From assembly GCF_004010195.1 (NCBI RefSeq), contig NC_057720.1, forward strand, positions 27,166,212-27,230,211: a stretch of 64,000 nt of DNA, given 5' to 3'. The notes beneath the pieces are model-generated. The model was not told the origin of the DNA. It saw nothing but the letters and a program-made list of their open reading frames with translations, and ran no database searches. The position numbers and the translations under genes were made by a program. Origin of the DNA: Chiloscyllium plagiosum. Taxonomy: Eukaryota. Positions 25,313 to 39,115 of this stretch are shown here, in pieces; positions within the stretch are counted from its first letter, which is position 1; every line of letters begins with the position of its first letter.

Positions 25313-27258
25313 GAAGAAAGCGAGGACTCCAGATGCTGGAGATCAGAGTTGAGAGTGTGGTGCTGGAAAAACACAGCAGGTCAGACAACATCTGAAGAGC
25401 AGGAGAATCGACATTTCGGGCATAAGCCCTTCATTAGGAAGTTGTGGTCTTTGAAGAAGGAGGCCATCTGGGTTGTTCAGTATTGGAACTGGTCCTCCTG
25501 GGAGCAGATGCGGCAGAGACTAAGGAATTGGGAATATGGGATGGCATTTTGACGGGGGCAGGGTGGGAGGAGGTGGAGTCTAGGTAGCTGTGGGAGTCGG
25601 TCGGTTTATAGTAAATGTCCGTGTTGATTCGGTCACCCGAGATAGAAATGGAGAGGTCTAGGAAGGGGAGGGAGGAGTCTGAGACGGTCCAGATGAATTT
25701 GAGGTCGGGGTGGAAGGTGTTGGTAAAGTGGATGAACTGTTCAACCTCCTTGTGGGAGCACGAGGCAACACCGATACAGTCATCGATGTAGCGGAGGAAA
25801 AGGTGGGGGGTGGTGCCAGTGTATCTGCAGAAGATGGACTGTTCCACATATCCTACAAAGTGGCAGGCATGGCTGGGGCCCATGCGGGTGCCCATGGCTA
25901 CTCCTTTGGTTTGGAGGAAGTGGGAGGATTGGAAAGAGAAGTTGTTCAGAGTGAGGACTAGTTCAGTCAGTCGAAGGAGGGTGTCAGTGGAAGGGTACTG
26001 GTTGGTACGGCGGGAAAGGAAGAAGTGGAGAGCTTTGAGTTCTTTGTGATGGGGGATGGAGGTGTACAGGGACTGGATGTCCATGGTGAAGATAAGGCGT
26101 TGGGGGCTGGGGAAGCGAAAATCATGGAGGAGGTGGAGGGCGTGGGTGGTGTCCCTCACGTAGGTGGGGAGTTCTTGGACTAAAGGGAACAGGACCGTGT
26201 TGAGGTATGCAGAGATGAGTTCGGTGGGGCAGGAGCAGGCTGAGACAATCAATGGGTCGGCCGGGGCAGTCAGGTTTGTGGATTTTGGACAGGAGGTAGA
26301 AACGGGCAGTGCGGAGTTGTGGGACTGAGGTAGAGGCGGTGGATGGGAGATCCCTTGAGGTGATGAGGTTATGGATGGTCTGGGAGATGATGGTGTGGTG
26401 ATGGGAGGTGGGGTCATGGTCAAGGGGGCAGTAGGAGGAGGTGTCCGCAAGCTGGCGTTTAGCCTCAGCGGTGTAAAGGTCAGTGCGCCAAACTACTACC
26501 GCGCCTCCCTTGTCTGCCGGTTTGATAGTGAGGTTGGGGTTGGAACGGAGGGAGTGGAGGGCTGCATGTTCCGAGGGTGAGAGGTTGGAGTGGGTGAGAG
26601 GGGTGGAGAGGTTGAGGCGGTTAATGTTGCGGCGGCAGTTGGCTATGAAGAGATCGAGGGCAGATAAGAGGCCAGCACGGGGTGTCCAGGTGGATGGGGT
26701 GTGTTGGAGGCGGGAGAAGGGATCCCGTGGAGGCCACGAATCTGTCGGCGATGGTCTTCCTTGCGATCGTGGAGGCGGTTGTCTGGGCGGCAATCGCAGA
26801 GGCTGCAAGGTCAGTGGGGGAGGAAGTGACATCATGGTTCGTGGCGGCGGTTGCTGCAGCGGGCGCTGCAGCGGCCGCGTGGTTAATGGCGCCCGAGTGA
26901 TTTCGGAGGCCAATGGAAGATTCTGGAACATTTGAGGAACCCAGAGTGTGGGGGTAAGTACATGAAAGTTTTTGGTACTTACTGTCTTTAATTTCCGATA
27001 TGGCGAGGAAGAACTGTTTGTTTAGTGTATGGATTCTTCTGTGGATGAAGAACAGTAGAGTTCCTTTGCAAGTCTGTGAGAGTGTTATCCTGAGCTGGGG
27101 TAGGGCTAATTGCAGAGAATGTAGGTAGTGGCGAATGGCTGCAAGCGTGGAGATCGGCATGGTGACAGAAATCGGTGTGGGGGCGGAGACGAATGCGGCG
27201 TGGTCGTTGTGCAGGTGAGTGATGTCACTGGGGGTGGAAGTGGCTGTGGCGACGGCAG
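25313..27258 (-). mobile_element. PLE family 1: N-terminal region and RT, fused directly to a pLTR (GIY-YIG missing)
   Basis: ORFs 26621-27160, 26122-26931 (LTIKPADKGGAVVV, FYLLSKIHKPD) and 25434-26450 (MDIQSLYTSIP, QTKGVAMG, LRYIDD); pLTR 25313-25440. Confidence 0.93.
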
Positions 27259-27614
27259 AATTTATAGTAAAAGTTTACAGTGTGATGCAATTGAAATTAT
27301 AAATTGACAAAGACCTGGATTATTTGTTAAATCTCTCACCTTTTAGAATGACAATGTAGGTTTCAGTTCTTTCATATGTAAATCCCAGAATTTTTTTTAC
27401 AAGTTATATTCTCAAGTGAACTTTAACAATAGGTGCCATGTCGTCTCAGATAATGTATTGTAGGTGTGAGGTGTCGTGTGTGAGGCTATCTGTGTCCCAA
27501 TGTTCAAACTGATTCTGTTTCTAAAAAACAGATTTACTGAATCGCATATGGATTTATGCAGTTTTTGAGCAAATAATATATAATTCTGCCAGTACAAATG
27601 CACCCCATAAACTT

Positions 27615-27812
27615 GCGTGTGTGTGTCCACGTGTGTGGGGGGGTGGTGGTGTAGGTGTGGGTGTGTGTATGTGTGGGGTGGTGTATGAGTGTCTGTGAGA
27701 GAGTGTGAGTATCTGAGAGAGAGAGCTTATGTATGGGAGAGGGTCTGTAGGAGTGTGTGTGTGTGAGACTGTGTTTGTGATTCTGTGTGTGTGAGAGAGA
27801 GAGAGTGTGTGA
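27615..27812 (+). repeat. Degenerate (GT)n/(GA)n microsatellite inside the PLE 3'UTR
   Basis: Directly visible. Confidence 0.9.
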
Positions 27813-27920
27813 TGCAGTGGGGTCACCTGTAGTGTGATATGAACCCAAGGTCCTGGCAGAGGCCATTCCCATGGGTACCGAACTTGGCTATCAACCTCTG
27901 CTCGGCCACTTTGCATTATT

Positions 27921-30000
27921 GCTGAAAATGTGTTGCTGGAAAAGCGCAGCAGGTCAGGCAGCATCCAAGGAACAGGAGAATCGATATTTCGGGCATGAGC
28001 ACTTCTTCAGGAATGAGGAAAGTGTATCCAGCAGGCTAAGGTAAAAGGTAGGGAGGAGAGACTTGGGGGAGGGGCATTAGAAATGCGATAGGTGGAAGGA
28101 GGTTAAGGTGAGGATGATAGGCCAGAGTGGGGGTGGGGGCGGAGGGGTCAGGAAGAAGATTGCAGGTCAAAAAGGCGGTGCTGAGTCTGAGGGTTGGGAC
28201 NNNNNNNNNNNNNNNNNNNNNNNNNNNNNNNNNNNNNNNNNNNNNNNNNNNNNNNNNNNNNNNNNNNNNNNNNNNNNNNNNNNNNNNNNNNNNNNNNNNN
28301 NNNNNNNNNNNNNNNNNNNNNNNNNNNNNNNNNNNATGATGTGTGTGGAGGTGCAGGTGAATTTGTGGCGGATATGGAAGGATCCCTTGGGGCCTTGGAG
28401 GGAAGTAAGGGGGGAGGTGTGGGTGCAAGTTTTGCATTTCTTGCGGTTGCAGGGGAAGGTGCCGGGAGTGGAGGTTGGGTTGGTGGGTCGTGTGGACCTG
28501 ACGAGGGAGTCATGGAGGGAGTGGTCTTTTCGGAACGCTGATAGGGGAGGGGATATCCTTGGTGGTGGGGTCCGTTTGGAGGTGGCGGAAATGTTGAAGG
28601 ATGATACGATGTGTATGGAGTTTGGTGGGGTGGTAGGTGAGGACAAGTGGGGTTCTGTCCTGGTGGCGATTGGAGAGGCGGGGCTCAAGGGCGGAGGAGC
28701 GGGAAGTGGAGGAGATGCGGTGGACAGCGTCGTCGATCACGTCTGGGGGGACATTGTGGTCTTTGAAGAAAGAGGCAATCTGGGTTGTACGTTTTTGGAA
28801 CTGGTCCTCCTGGGAGCAGATGCGGCGGAGACGAAGGAATTGGGAATATGCGATGGTGTTTTTACAGGGGACAGGGTGGAGGAGGTGTAGTCTAGGTAGC
28901 TGTGGAAGTCGGTCGGTTTATAGTAAATGTCCGTGTTGATTCGGTCACCCGAGATAGAAATGGAGAGGTCCAGGAAGGGGAGGGAGGAGTTGAGACGGTC
29001 CAGGAAAATTTGAGGTCGGGATGGAAGGTGTTGGCAAAGTGGATGAACTGTTCAACCTCCTTGTGGGAGCACGGGGCAGCGCCGATACAGTCATCGATGT
29101 AGCGGAGGAAAAGGTGGCCGGGGTGCCACTGTAGCTGCGGAAGATGGACTGTTCCACATATCCTACGAAGAGGGGCCCATGCGGGTGCCCATGGCTACTC
29201 CTTTGGTTTGGAGGAAGTGGGAGGATTGGAAAGAGAAGTTGTTCAGGGTGAGGACCAGTTCAGTCAGTCGAAGGAGGGTGTCAGTGGAAGGATACTGGTT
29301 GGTACGATGGGAAAGGAAGAAGCAGAGGGCTTTGAGTCCTTCGTGATGGGGGATGGAGGTGTACAGGGACTGGATGTCCATGGTGAAGATAAGGTGTTGG
29401 GGCAGAGATGAAGGAATTGGGAATATGGGATAGCAGCGGAGACGAAGGAATTGGGAATATGGGATGGCGGTGGAAACGAACCCAACCCCCACTCTCGGCA
29501 CCTTCCCCTGCAACCGCAAGAAATTCAAAACTTGCGCCCACACCTCCCCCCTTACTTCCCTCCAAGGCCCCAAGGGATCCTTCCATATCCGCCACAAATT
29601 CACCTGCACCTCCACACACATCATCTATTGCATCCGGATGAACTCAGATTGCTCCAGTTTCCTCATTTCCCCTCCCCCCCACCGTGTCTCAGTCCCAACC
29701 CTCGAACTCAGCACCACCTTCCTAACCTTCTTCTTCCTGACCTCTCCGCCCCCACCCCCACTCCGGCCTATCACCCTCACCTTAACCTCCTTCCACCTAT
29801 CGCATTTCCAACGCCCCTCTCCCAAGTCCCTCCTCCCTACCTTTTATCTTAGCCTGCAGGGCACACTTTCATCATTCCTGAAGAAGGGCTCATGCCTGAA
29901 ACGTTGATTCTCCTGTTCCCTGGATGCTGCCTGACCTGCTGCGCCTTTCCAGCAACACATTTTCAGCTCTGATCTCCAGCATCTGCAGTCCTCACTTTCT
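27921..30000. mobile_element. PLE family 1 insertion with inverted terminal arms and 17-bp TSD
   Basis: CCACTTTGCATTATTGC at 27906-27922 and 30001-30017; minus-strand pLTR, linker and RT 27921-29470; plus-strand linker (FPCNRKKFKTCAH) and pLTR 29470-30000. Confidence 0.9.
28201..28335. other. Assembly gap (135 N)
   Basis: Directly visible. Confidence 1.
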
Positions 30001-30910
30001 CCACTTTGCATTATTGCCTGTCCTGAAGTCCGCCTTGGAGGGTGGTCAACCAAAGGTCTGAGGTCGAATGTCCCGGACTGCTGGAGTGTTCTCCGACTGG
30101 GAGGAAAAATTCCTGTATGTTGATTGTTGTGCTGTGTCCATTCATCCATTGCCATAGCCTCTGCTCGGTCTCGCCAGTGTACCATGCCTCAGACCATCCT
30201 TGCCTCCAGCATATGAGATAGACAACATTGGCTGAATCACACGGGTACCTGCCACATCATGGTAGGTGGTGAACTTGTACTTGCAGTATTGTATTTTATT
30301 TTGTTCACTGAACCATGTGGTACTCCACTAGTTACCGTACCTCCAAACACCCCCTTTATCTAAACACTCTATCTTTGATGTTAGTTAGCTAATCCTCATC
30401 CGCATTACTATACTACCACCAATACCCCATGGGCTCTTTTTTGTAATTTAGCCTTATGTACAGTACTTTGCTAAAAATATTTTGAAAATCAAACTATTTT
30501 ACATGTATCGGTTCTCCTTTATCTATCCTGTTCATTTCGTCCTCAAAGAACTGTGACAAATTTGTCAGGCATGATTTCCTCTTCATGATGCCATGCTGCC
30601 TCTGCTTGATTTTATAATGGTTTCTAAATGGTCTTCATTTAGATCCTTTTAATAGGCTTCAGCATTTTCCTAATGACAGATGTTAAACTAACTGAACTAT
30701 GGTTACCTGTTTTTAGTCTCCTTCTCTTTTTGAGTAAGGCTTTTGGCAATTTTCCAATGCTCTGGGACTATTCTTGGAAGATTACAACCAATATCTTTTT
30801 AGCTACTTCTTTTAAACTCCTAATGTGTATCCCATCAGACCCAAGGGACTTGTCAGCCTTTAGCCCAAATAGTTTCCCTTGTACTATTTTTCTTGTGATA
30901 GTAATTCTAT

Positions 30911-31232
30911 TTAGATTAGATTAGATTCCCCACAGTGTGGAAACAGGCCCTTCGGCCCAACCAGTCCACACCGACGCTCCGAAGAGTAACCCACTTAGAT
31001 ACATTTTCCTCTGACTAATGCACCTAACACTATGGGCAATATAGCATGACCAATTCACCTGACCTACACATCTTTGGACTGTGGGAAGAAACCAGAGCAC
31101 CCGGAGGAAACCCACTGCAGACACGGGGAGAATGTGCAAATTCCACGCAGACAGTCGCCCGAGGCTGGAATCGAATCTGGGACTCTGGTGCTGTGAGGCA
31201 GCAGTGCGAACCACTGAGCCACTGTACCACCC
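30911..31232 (-). mobile_element. HE1-type V-SINE, adjoining old minus-strand CR1 remnants (about 30300-30910)
   Basis: Reverse complement of the SINE head and V domain; (AGATT)n tail. Confidence 0.9.
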
Positions 31233-32679
31233 TAATAATGTATTATTATTGTTTGCCTCTTCACCACCCTGCATCTCTACTCTCTCATTTCTTTTCAATT
31301 TTTTTTAATGTGCTTTCAATTGAAGCCCCCCAACCAAAGGTAATTAATTTAAAACCCTAATTATATGATTTCTGAGGGCACAGGTCCCAGCATGGTTCAA
31401 ATGAAACCCATCCGAATGAAATCTCTCCCTCTTTCCCCAGTAATGGTGCCCCATGAATCATTTCTCCCACACCAATGTCTGGGCCATGCATTTACCTCTC
31501 AAATTATTTAGCCTATACTAAGTTGCATGTGGCTCAAGTCGTAATTCAGAGATTATTACCTTGGTAATTCTGCTTTTGAATTTTGTGTCAAGGTGTTTGT
31601 AATCCCTCAGCATTTCTCATCCTGGAATTGTGGTCTCATCCTGACTGTGTCTTCAGGGTATTCCATTGTTCCTTAATTGGTTTTCCATGAGCTCAGGAAC
31701 CATTAACTGAACTGTGATTAACTTTGTCTTAATTTTACTTCTAATGTTGTGCACTGTATTGTTCTATGTTCTATAACTTCTGTCATTGAGATAGGTGCCA
31801 TGGTAGGGCGACTTATAAAACTTTTCACTGTATTTTTCATGTAAAAGTACATGTGACAGTGAATTTCTACTCTATTTCTATTCTATTCTATTTCTTTCCT
31901 AAATATGCTTGTGGTCTTCATTATTATGTAAACCATGACAATTGGATCTTCCCATCCCATTCCAAGTTCCCCTCCAATCCATGAGATGTTCTTAACTTTG
32001 GCAGCAGGGAGGTAACACAAGCCTAGGCACTCTCTGTCTATTCCTACATCAGCTAAGGTTACCTCTTTCTCAACCTCTTCCTTCGTCTGAGGCATGATGA
32101 CCCGTAGGTTAAACCACCACTTATTGTCACTCTCAAATGAGAGAGCAGTCTATGATCCAGTAAGACAATGGCAAATTTACCTTTACCTTTAGTATTTACT
32201 CTCCTAAAGATGCTTTTCCCTCTATTTATCTTTTCTCCCCTCCACTTGAGTGGCAATCTGGACCACAATGCTGTGGAGGGTTCACTCATCCTTCCAAGAG
32301 TCTGTGTCCTCATCCACGCCAGGAGCAAGACTTCATTCCTATGGGACAAGGGCACTGGCAGGGGTGTTCTCTAAAGCTAAACATTGATTCCTCATATTTG
32401 TCTCAATCATAGTCACATCCACCTTGAAACATAATGGTCCGGTACCTCTCTGCCTTGCTAATATATTTGGATCTCAGATTCTAGCTCATCCAATCTGAGC
32501 CAGATTTCCCTGAACAGCCAACACTTGCTACAAATGTGATCATCATGGATTACACTGGCATCCATCAGCTCCAGTAAAATGCAGCTGCAACACTTTGCCT
32601 CCCTGACTATCTCTATTTTGTTTGCTTAATTATCTAGTTACAACTCCGCCTTTGTGTAAGTAGGCTAGGAGCGATGCTC

Positions 32680-34385
32680 TTAGAGTCATAGAGATGTACA
32701 GCACAGAAACAGACCCTTTGGTCCAACTTGTCCATGCCAACCAGAGATCCCAACCCAATCTAGTCCCACCTGCCAGCATCTGGCCCATATCCCTTAAACC
32801 CTTCCTATTCAAGTATCCATCCAGATGCCATTTTAAATGTTGCCATTGTACCAGCCTCCACCACTTCCTCTGGCAGGTCATTCTATACATGCATCACCCT
32901 CTGTGTGAAAAAGTTGCCCCTTAGGTCTCCCCTATATCCTTCCCCTCTCACCCTAAACCTATGCCCTCTAGTTCTGGACTCACTCACTCCAGGGAAAAGA
33001 CCTTGTCTGTTTATCCTATCTATGCCCCGCATGATTTTATAAATGTCCATATGGTCACACCCCTCAGCCTCCGGCGCTCCTGGGAAAACAGCCCCAACTT
33101 GTTCAACCTCTCCCTGTAGCTCAAATCCTCCAACCCCGGCAACATCCTTGTAAATCTTTTCTGAACCCTTTCAAGTTTCATAACATCTTTCTGATAGGAA
33201 GGAGACCAGAATTGCACAAATTTTCCAACAGTGGCCTAAGCAAGATCCTGTACTGCCGCAACATGATCTCCCAACTCCTGTACTCAATACTCTGACCAAT
33301 AAAGGAAAGCATACCAAACGCCTTCTTCACTATCCTATCTACACACGACTCCACTTTCAAGGAGCAATTAACCTGCACTCCAAGGTCTCTTTGTTCAGTA
33401 AAACTCCCTAGGACCTTACCATTAAGTTTATAAGTCCTGCTAAGATTTGCTTTCTAAAAATGCAGCACCTCGCATTTATCTGAATTAAACTCCGTCTGCC
33501 ACTCCTCAGCCCATTGGCCCATCTGATCAAGATCCCGTTGTAATCTGAGGTAACCTTCTTCGCTGTCCACTACACCTCCAATTTTAGTGTCATCTGCAAA
33601 CTTATTAACTGTACCTCTTACGCTCACATCCAAATCATTTATGTAAATGATGAAACGTAGTGGACCCAGCACTGATCCTTGTGGCACTCCACTGGTCACA
33701 GGCCTCCAGTCTGAAAAACAACCCTCCACTATCACACTCTGCCTTCTACCTTTGAGCCAGTTCTGTATCCAAATGGCTAGTTCTCCCTGTATTCCGTGAA
33801 ATCTAACCTTACTAACCAGTCTCCCATGAGGAACCTTGTCGAACACCTTGCTGAAGTCCATGTAGATCACATCTGCCGCTCTGCCCTCATCAATCCTCTT
33901 TGTTACTTCCTCAAAAAACTCAATCAAGTTTGTGAGACATGATTTCCCATGCACAAAGCGATGTTGAAAATCTCTAATCAGTCCTTGCCTTTCCAAATTC
34001 ATGTACATCCTGTCCCTCAGGATTCCTCCAATAACTTGCCCATCACTGATGTCAGGCTCACTGGTCTATAGTTCCCTGGCTTGTCATTACCACCTTTATT
34101 AAATACTGGCACCACGTTAGCCAACCTCCAGTCTTCTGGCACGTCACCTGTGACTATAGATGATACAAATATCTCAGCAAGAGGCCCAGCAATCACTTTT
34201 CAGCTTCCCACAAAGTTCTTGGCTGCACCTGATCAGCTCCTGGGGATTTATCCACTTTTATGTGTTTCAAGACATCCAGCACTTCCTCTTCTATAATATG
34301 GACATTTTCAAGATGTCACCATCCATTTCCCTACATTCCATATCTTCCATTTCCTTTCCCACAGTAAATACTGATGCAAAATACG
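32680..34385 (-). mobile_element. Young CR1 LINE, 5'-truncated
   Basis: ORF 33454-34008 (SGVPQGSVLGP...KFADDTK); largely the reverse complement of 35646-37345. Confidence 0.95.
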
Positions 34386-35389
34386 GGTTGGTACAGTCTT
34401 GATGGACTGAATGGCCTCTATCTGCACTTGAGGGATTCTATAATTGCAGAGTTGTGGGGGTTTCATTACACAGGTTTCATGTTGTTGGAGAGACCATGTT
34501 GCATCAAATAATTTTCATAAGCCATATTATCCTGTCTCAATCACCATGAGTAGGATACCTTTAATCAGTTTGAAAAGCAGTTTAGAACAGAGGTTGAAAA
34601 AATCCAGAGATTCGAAGCAATACAGATAAATCATCATGTTTTTGGAACTTATTTGACCACTGAGATGCAAAAGATTTGAAGAATAGTTAAGTTTATTGGA
34701 GTTTCAAAGAAAAATGTGTTCACATCTGTTTTTTTTAAACCAGTAATGAAAAATGCTTAAAATATCATTGGGTCTGAACTGGTACTGTTCCACCACAGAG
34801 TAAAACATTGAACATCTGATCTTGGTTTAAAAAATGATCACTCATTGTACTGGGATATCTTTGATTGGGGATACACAAATACATGTATACCTACTGCATT
34901 ACCTGTACTTTGAAGAACCAGGAGAATCAAATCTGTATCTGCTCATCAAGGAATAACTCCAATCACTGTCACTTGAAGTACAAATCAGTGTGTATACAAT
35001 ATGAGACAAGTTGCTTCTAATGTTGAGAAAGAAGTGCAAAGTATCAATGAGCTGTTCTAAAATAGGAACATCCAGGGTAAGACAGAGTCCACCATGCCAA
35101 ATACCTTACAGAGTTTTATGAGATTATCTAAATTTCTGTGCCGATATTTCATGGATGCTGAGACATTAATGCTGATGAAACATAATGATGAGTCATTTGT
35201 TTCTTGTATGTGTGATTGGAAGATTGTGTGACTCGTGCAGATTTTAGCAATAAAATAATCATGGTTATCTCACATTACTCATTTATGGAGGAACGGTTTG
35301 TGAGCATGTTGCAACACTTCTCACCAGTACAGACAATAACAACTTACATTTCAATAATGGTTTTAATGTAATAAAACATTTCAAGACAT

Positions 35390-37345
35390 ATGTAAGGTAT
35401 AGGCAGGATAGATTGAGTGAATCCTTAGAAGAGTATGAAGGAAGTAAGAGTATACTTAAGAGGAAAATCAGGAGGGCAAAAAGGGGACATGAGATAGCTT
35501 TGGCAAATAGAATTAAGGAGAATCTAAAGAGTTTTTACAAATACATTAAGGACAAAAAGGTAACTAGGGGGAGAATAGGGCCCCTCAAAGATCAGCAAGG
35601 TGGCCTTTGTGTGGAGCCACAGAAAATGGGGGAGATACTAAATGAGTATTTTGCATCAGTATTTACTGTGGAAAGGGATATGGAAGATGTAGACTGTAGG
35701 GAAATAGATGGTGACATCTTGCAAAATGTCCATATTACAGAGAAGAAAATGCTGGATGTCTTGAAACGCATAAAATTGGATAAATCCCCAGGACCTGATC
35801 AGGTGTACCCTAGAACTCTGTGGGAAGCTAGGGAAGTGATTGCTGGGCCTCTTGCTGAGATATTTGTATCATTGATAGTCACAGGTGAGGTGCCGGAAGA
35901 CTGGAGGTTGGCTAACATGGTGCCACTGTTTAAGAAGGATCGTAAGGACATGCCAGGGAACTATAGACCAGCGAGTCTGATGTCGGTGATGGGCAAGTTG
36001 TTGGAGGGAATCCTGAGGAACAGGATGTACATGTATTTGGAAAGCAAAGGACTGATAAGGGATAGTCAAACATGGCTTTGTACATGGGAAATCATGTCTC
36101 ACAAACTTGATTGAGTTTTTTGAGGAAGTAACAAAGAGAATTGATGAGGGCAGAGCGGTAGATGTGATCTACATGACCTCAGTAAGGTGTTCGACAAGGT
36201 TCCCCATGGGAGACTGGTTAGCAAGGTTAGATCTCACGGAATACAGGGAGAACTAGCCATTTGGTTACAGAACTGGCTCAAAGATAAAAGACAGAGAGTG
36301 GTGGTGGAGGGTTGTTTTTCAGATTGGAGGCCTGTGACCATTGGAATGCCACAAGGATCAGTGCTGGGCCCTCTACTTTTTGTCATTTACATAAATGATT
36401 TGGATGCGAGCATAAGAGGTACAGTTAGTAAATTTGCAGATGACACCAAAATTGGAGGTGAAGTGGACAGCGAAGAGGGTTACCTCAGATTACAACGGGA
36501 TCTTGATCAGACGGGCCAATGGAAGATGATATTTAATTCAGATAAATGCGAGGTGCTGCATTTTTGGAAAGCAAATCTTAGCAGGACTTATAAACTTAAT
36601 TGTAAGTTCCTAGGGAGTGTTGCTGAACAGAGAGACCTTGGAGTGCAGATTCATTGCTCCTTGAAAGTGGAGTCGCATGTAGATAGGATAGTGAAGAAGG
36701 TGTTTGGTATGCTTTCCTTTATTGGTCAGTGTATTGAGTACAGGAGTTGGGAGATCATGTTGCGACTGTACAGGACATTGGTTAGGCCACTGTTGGAATA
36801 TTGCATGCAATTCTGGTCTCCTTCCTATTGGAAAGATGTTGTGAAACCTGAAAGGGTTCAGAAAGGATTTACAGGGATGTTGGCAGGGTTGGAGGATTTG
36901 AGCTATAGGGAGAGGCTGAACAGGCTGGGACTGTTTTCCCTGGAGCGTTGGAGGCTGAGGGATGACCTTATAGAGGTTTACAAAATTATGAGGGGCAAGG
37001 ATAGGATAAATAGACAAAGTATTTTCCATGGGGTCAGGGAGTCCAGAACTAGAGGGCTTAGGTTTCGGGTGAGAGGGGAAAGATATAAAAGAGACCTAAG
37101 GGGCAACTTTTTCACGCAGAGGGTGGTGCGTGTATGGAATGAGCTGCCAGATGAAGTGGTGGAGGTTGGTACAATTGCAACATTTAAAAGGCATTTGGAT
37201 GGGCATATGCATAGGAAGGGTTTGGAGGGATATGGGCTGGGTGCTGGCAGGTGGGACTAGATTGGGTTGGGATATCTGGTCAGCATGGATGGGTTAGACT
37301 GAAGGGTCTGTTTCCATGCTGTACATCTCTATGACTCTATGACTT
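35390..37345 (+). mobile_element. Young CR1 LINE, 5'-truncated, ORF2 RT nearly intact (frameshifts near 36070 and 36175)
   Basis: ORFs 35413-36114 and 36187-37260 (357 aa; FADD; CR1 C-terminus); (ctctatga)n tail. Confidence 0.96.
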
Positions 37346-38204
37346 CGTAGGAATAGTACAAAACCAAGTATGACAGCAAGCCACATAAAGCAATATTAGC
37401 TCAACTGGCCAAGACGTGGTCAAACGGGGAAATAAAAGTGAGTTTCTGAAAGTAAGAAAGTGAGGGTTACAAAGAGGACATTGCAGAGTTTAGGTCCTCT
37501 GCAATGAAAGGTGCAGCCAATGATGATGGAATGTGTACAATGTTGCCTATAATTTCCTGGGCATTTTCTCTCTTAAATACTAGAATTTTATTCGCTGTTG
37601 GCAAAGCCCTGGACTACATTTTTTTCTTGATGAATAGTTAACTGAGTATATTAACACCTTGGCTATCTCTTAACTAGGTTATTTTAAAATGTATGAATGT
37701 AATCCATTTGGGCAAGAATTTTATCTCTTTAAATTTGGTTCCTCAACATATTCCTTCTTAAATGATTGATGAGAGCAGAGCAGCAGACATTTGGACTTTG
37801 GTCAAGTCTTTAATGAGGTCCTGCACAATATAAAATTTAATAAAGTTAGATCACATGTGATTCGGTGAGAGCCTGTCAACTGTACACAAAATTGACTTGA
37901 CACTATGTACTAAAGGATAGTATTAGAAATTAATTAATGCATAAATTTATATAAATTAATAAAGTAATTTACTAAGTAGAGGTGGCTGAGCAGGTGATGT
38001 GCTGTAGCTGTATGATGTGGGAGCTGGCTGCTCCCATTGTGAACTGCAGTGACCACATCTGCAGCAAGTTTTGGTTGCTGGGGGAACTCTGGCTCAGAAT
38101 TGATGAGCTGAAATCTGAGCTTCAAACACTGTGACACATCCAGGACGGGGAAGAGTTACCTGGATGCTTTGTTTCAGGAAGCAGTGATACCTGCTAGATT
38201 AAGT

Positions 38205-38325
38205 TAAAAATCACACACCAGGTTATAGTCCAACAGGTTTAATTGGAAGCACACTAGCTTTCGGAGCGACGTGTGATTTTTAACTTTGTACACCCCAATC
38301 CAACACCGGCATTTCCGAATCATGA
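38205..38325. mobile_element. PLE family 2 mini fold-back with 14-bp TSD
   Basis: CTGCTAGATTAAGT at 38191-38204 and 38326-38339; 'gttaaaaatcacac' and 'gtgtgatttttaac' are inverted. Confidence 0.88.
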
Positions 38326-39115
38326 CTGCTAGATTAAGTAATTCAAATTCAGTCAGTGATCAGTGTCAGCAGGGTGTGATTGCAATGAGGCAGGTAGGGG
38401 GTTCCTCAGTTCAGGAATGGAGGAACCTCAGTTCTTGATTTTGTCCAACAGATATGAGGTACTTGTGGATGAGGAAAAGAGCTGTGGAGAGAATGAGCCA
38501 GCTTACCATGGCACCATGGTGCAGGAGGCCATTCAAGAGGGGGGAGCAAAAAGTCAAGTCGTAGTTATAGGGGATTCTATAATTAGGGGGATAGATAGTA
38601 TCTTCTGCAAACAGGATCTGGAATTCTGCATGGTGTGTTGCCTGCCTGATGCCAGGGTGGAAGACATCTTTCATCCGCTTGAATGGATATTGGATTGGGA
38701 GGGGGAGGATCCAGATGTTGTGGTCCATGTTGGGATAAACAACATAGGCAGGGCTAGGAAGGAGGATCTGTTTGGGGATTATCAAGCATTAGGAACAAAT
38801 TTAAGGAACAGGTCCTCAAGGGTTATAATCTCCGGATTACTACTCGAGCCATGTGCAAATTGCCTTTGGGATAAGAAAATTAGGGAAGGAAACACATAGG
38901 TAAGGGAGTGGTGTGGGAAAGAGGGCTTCCATTTCATGGGGCATTGGCATCAGCTTTGGTACAGGAGGGATCCGTACCAATGGGATGGTCTCCATGTGAA
39001 CCAATCAGGAACCAGTATTCTAGCAAAAAGGATAAATAGGGTGGTCACTAGGACTTTAAACTAGTGAGTCGGGGGGAAGGGAAGGGGAAGATGACAGGAA
39101 GTATGATGGTAAATA

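Larger units (their letters stand above)
27259..30265 (-). mobile_element. PLE family 2 3' part (GIY-YIG and 3'UTR with GT/GA microsatellite), split by the insertion at 27921-30000
   Basis: 30120-30232 translates ANVVYLICWRQGWSEAWYTGETEQRL (GIY-YIG); 27259-27385 matches 57216-57345; sequence resumes across the TSD. Confidence 0.85.

Noticed and set aside
28036..28890. Long ORFs spanning the N run
   Set aside because: Lengths are artefacts of translating the gap; the sequence is PLE.
34568..34680. Protein-looking frame FEKQFRTEVEKIQRFEAIQ...
   Set aside because: Short, weak acceptor, no recognised homology.
36187..37260. 357-aa ORF as a host or domesticated gene
   Set aside because: Ordinary CR1 ORF2 C-terminus in a 5'-truncated, frameshifted copy with near-identical relatives in the window.
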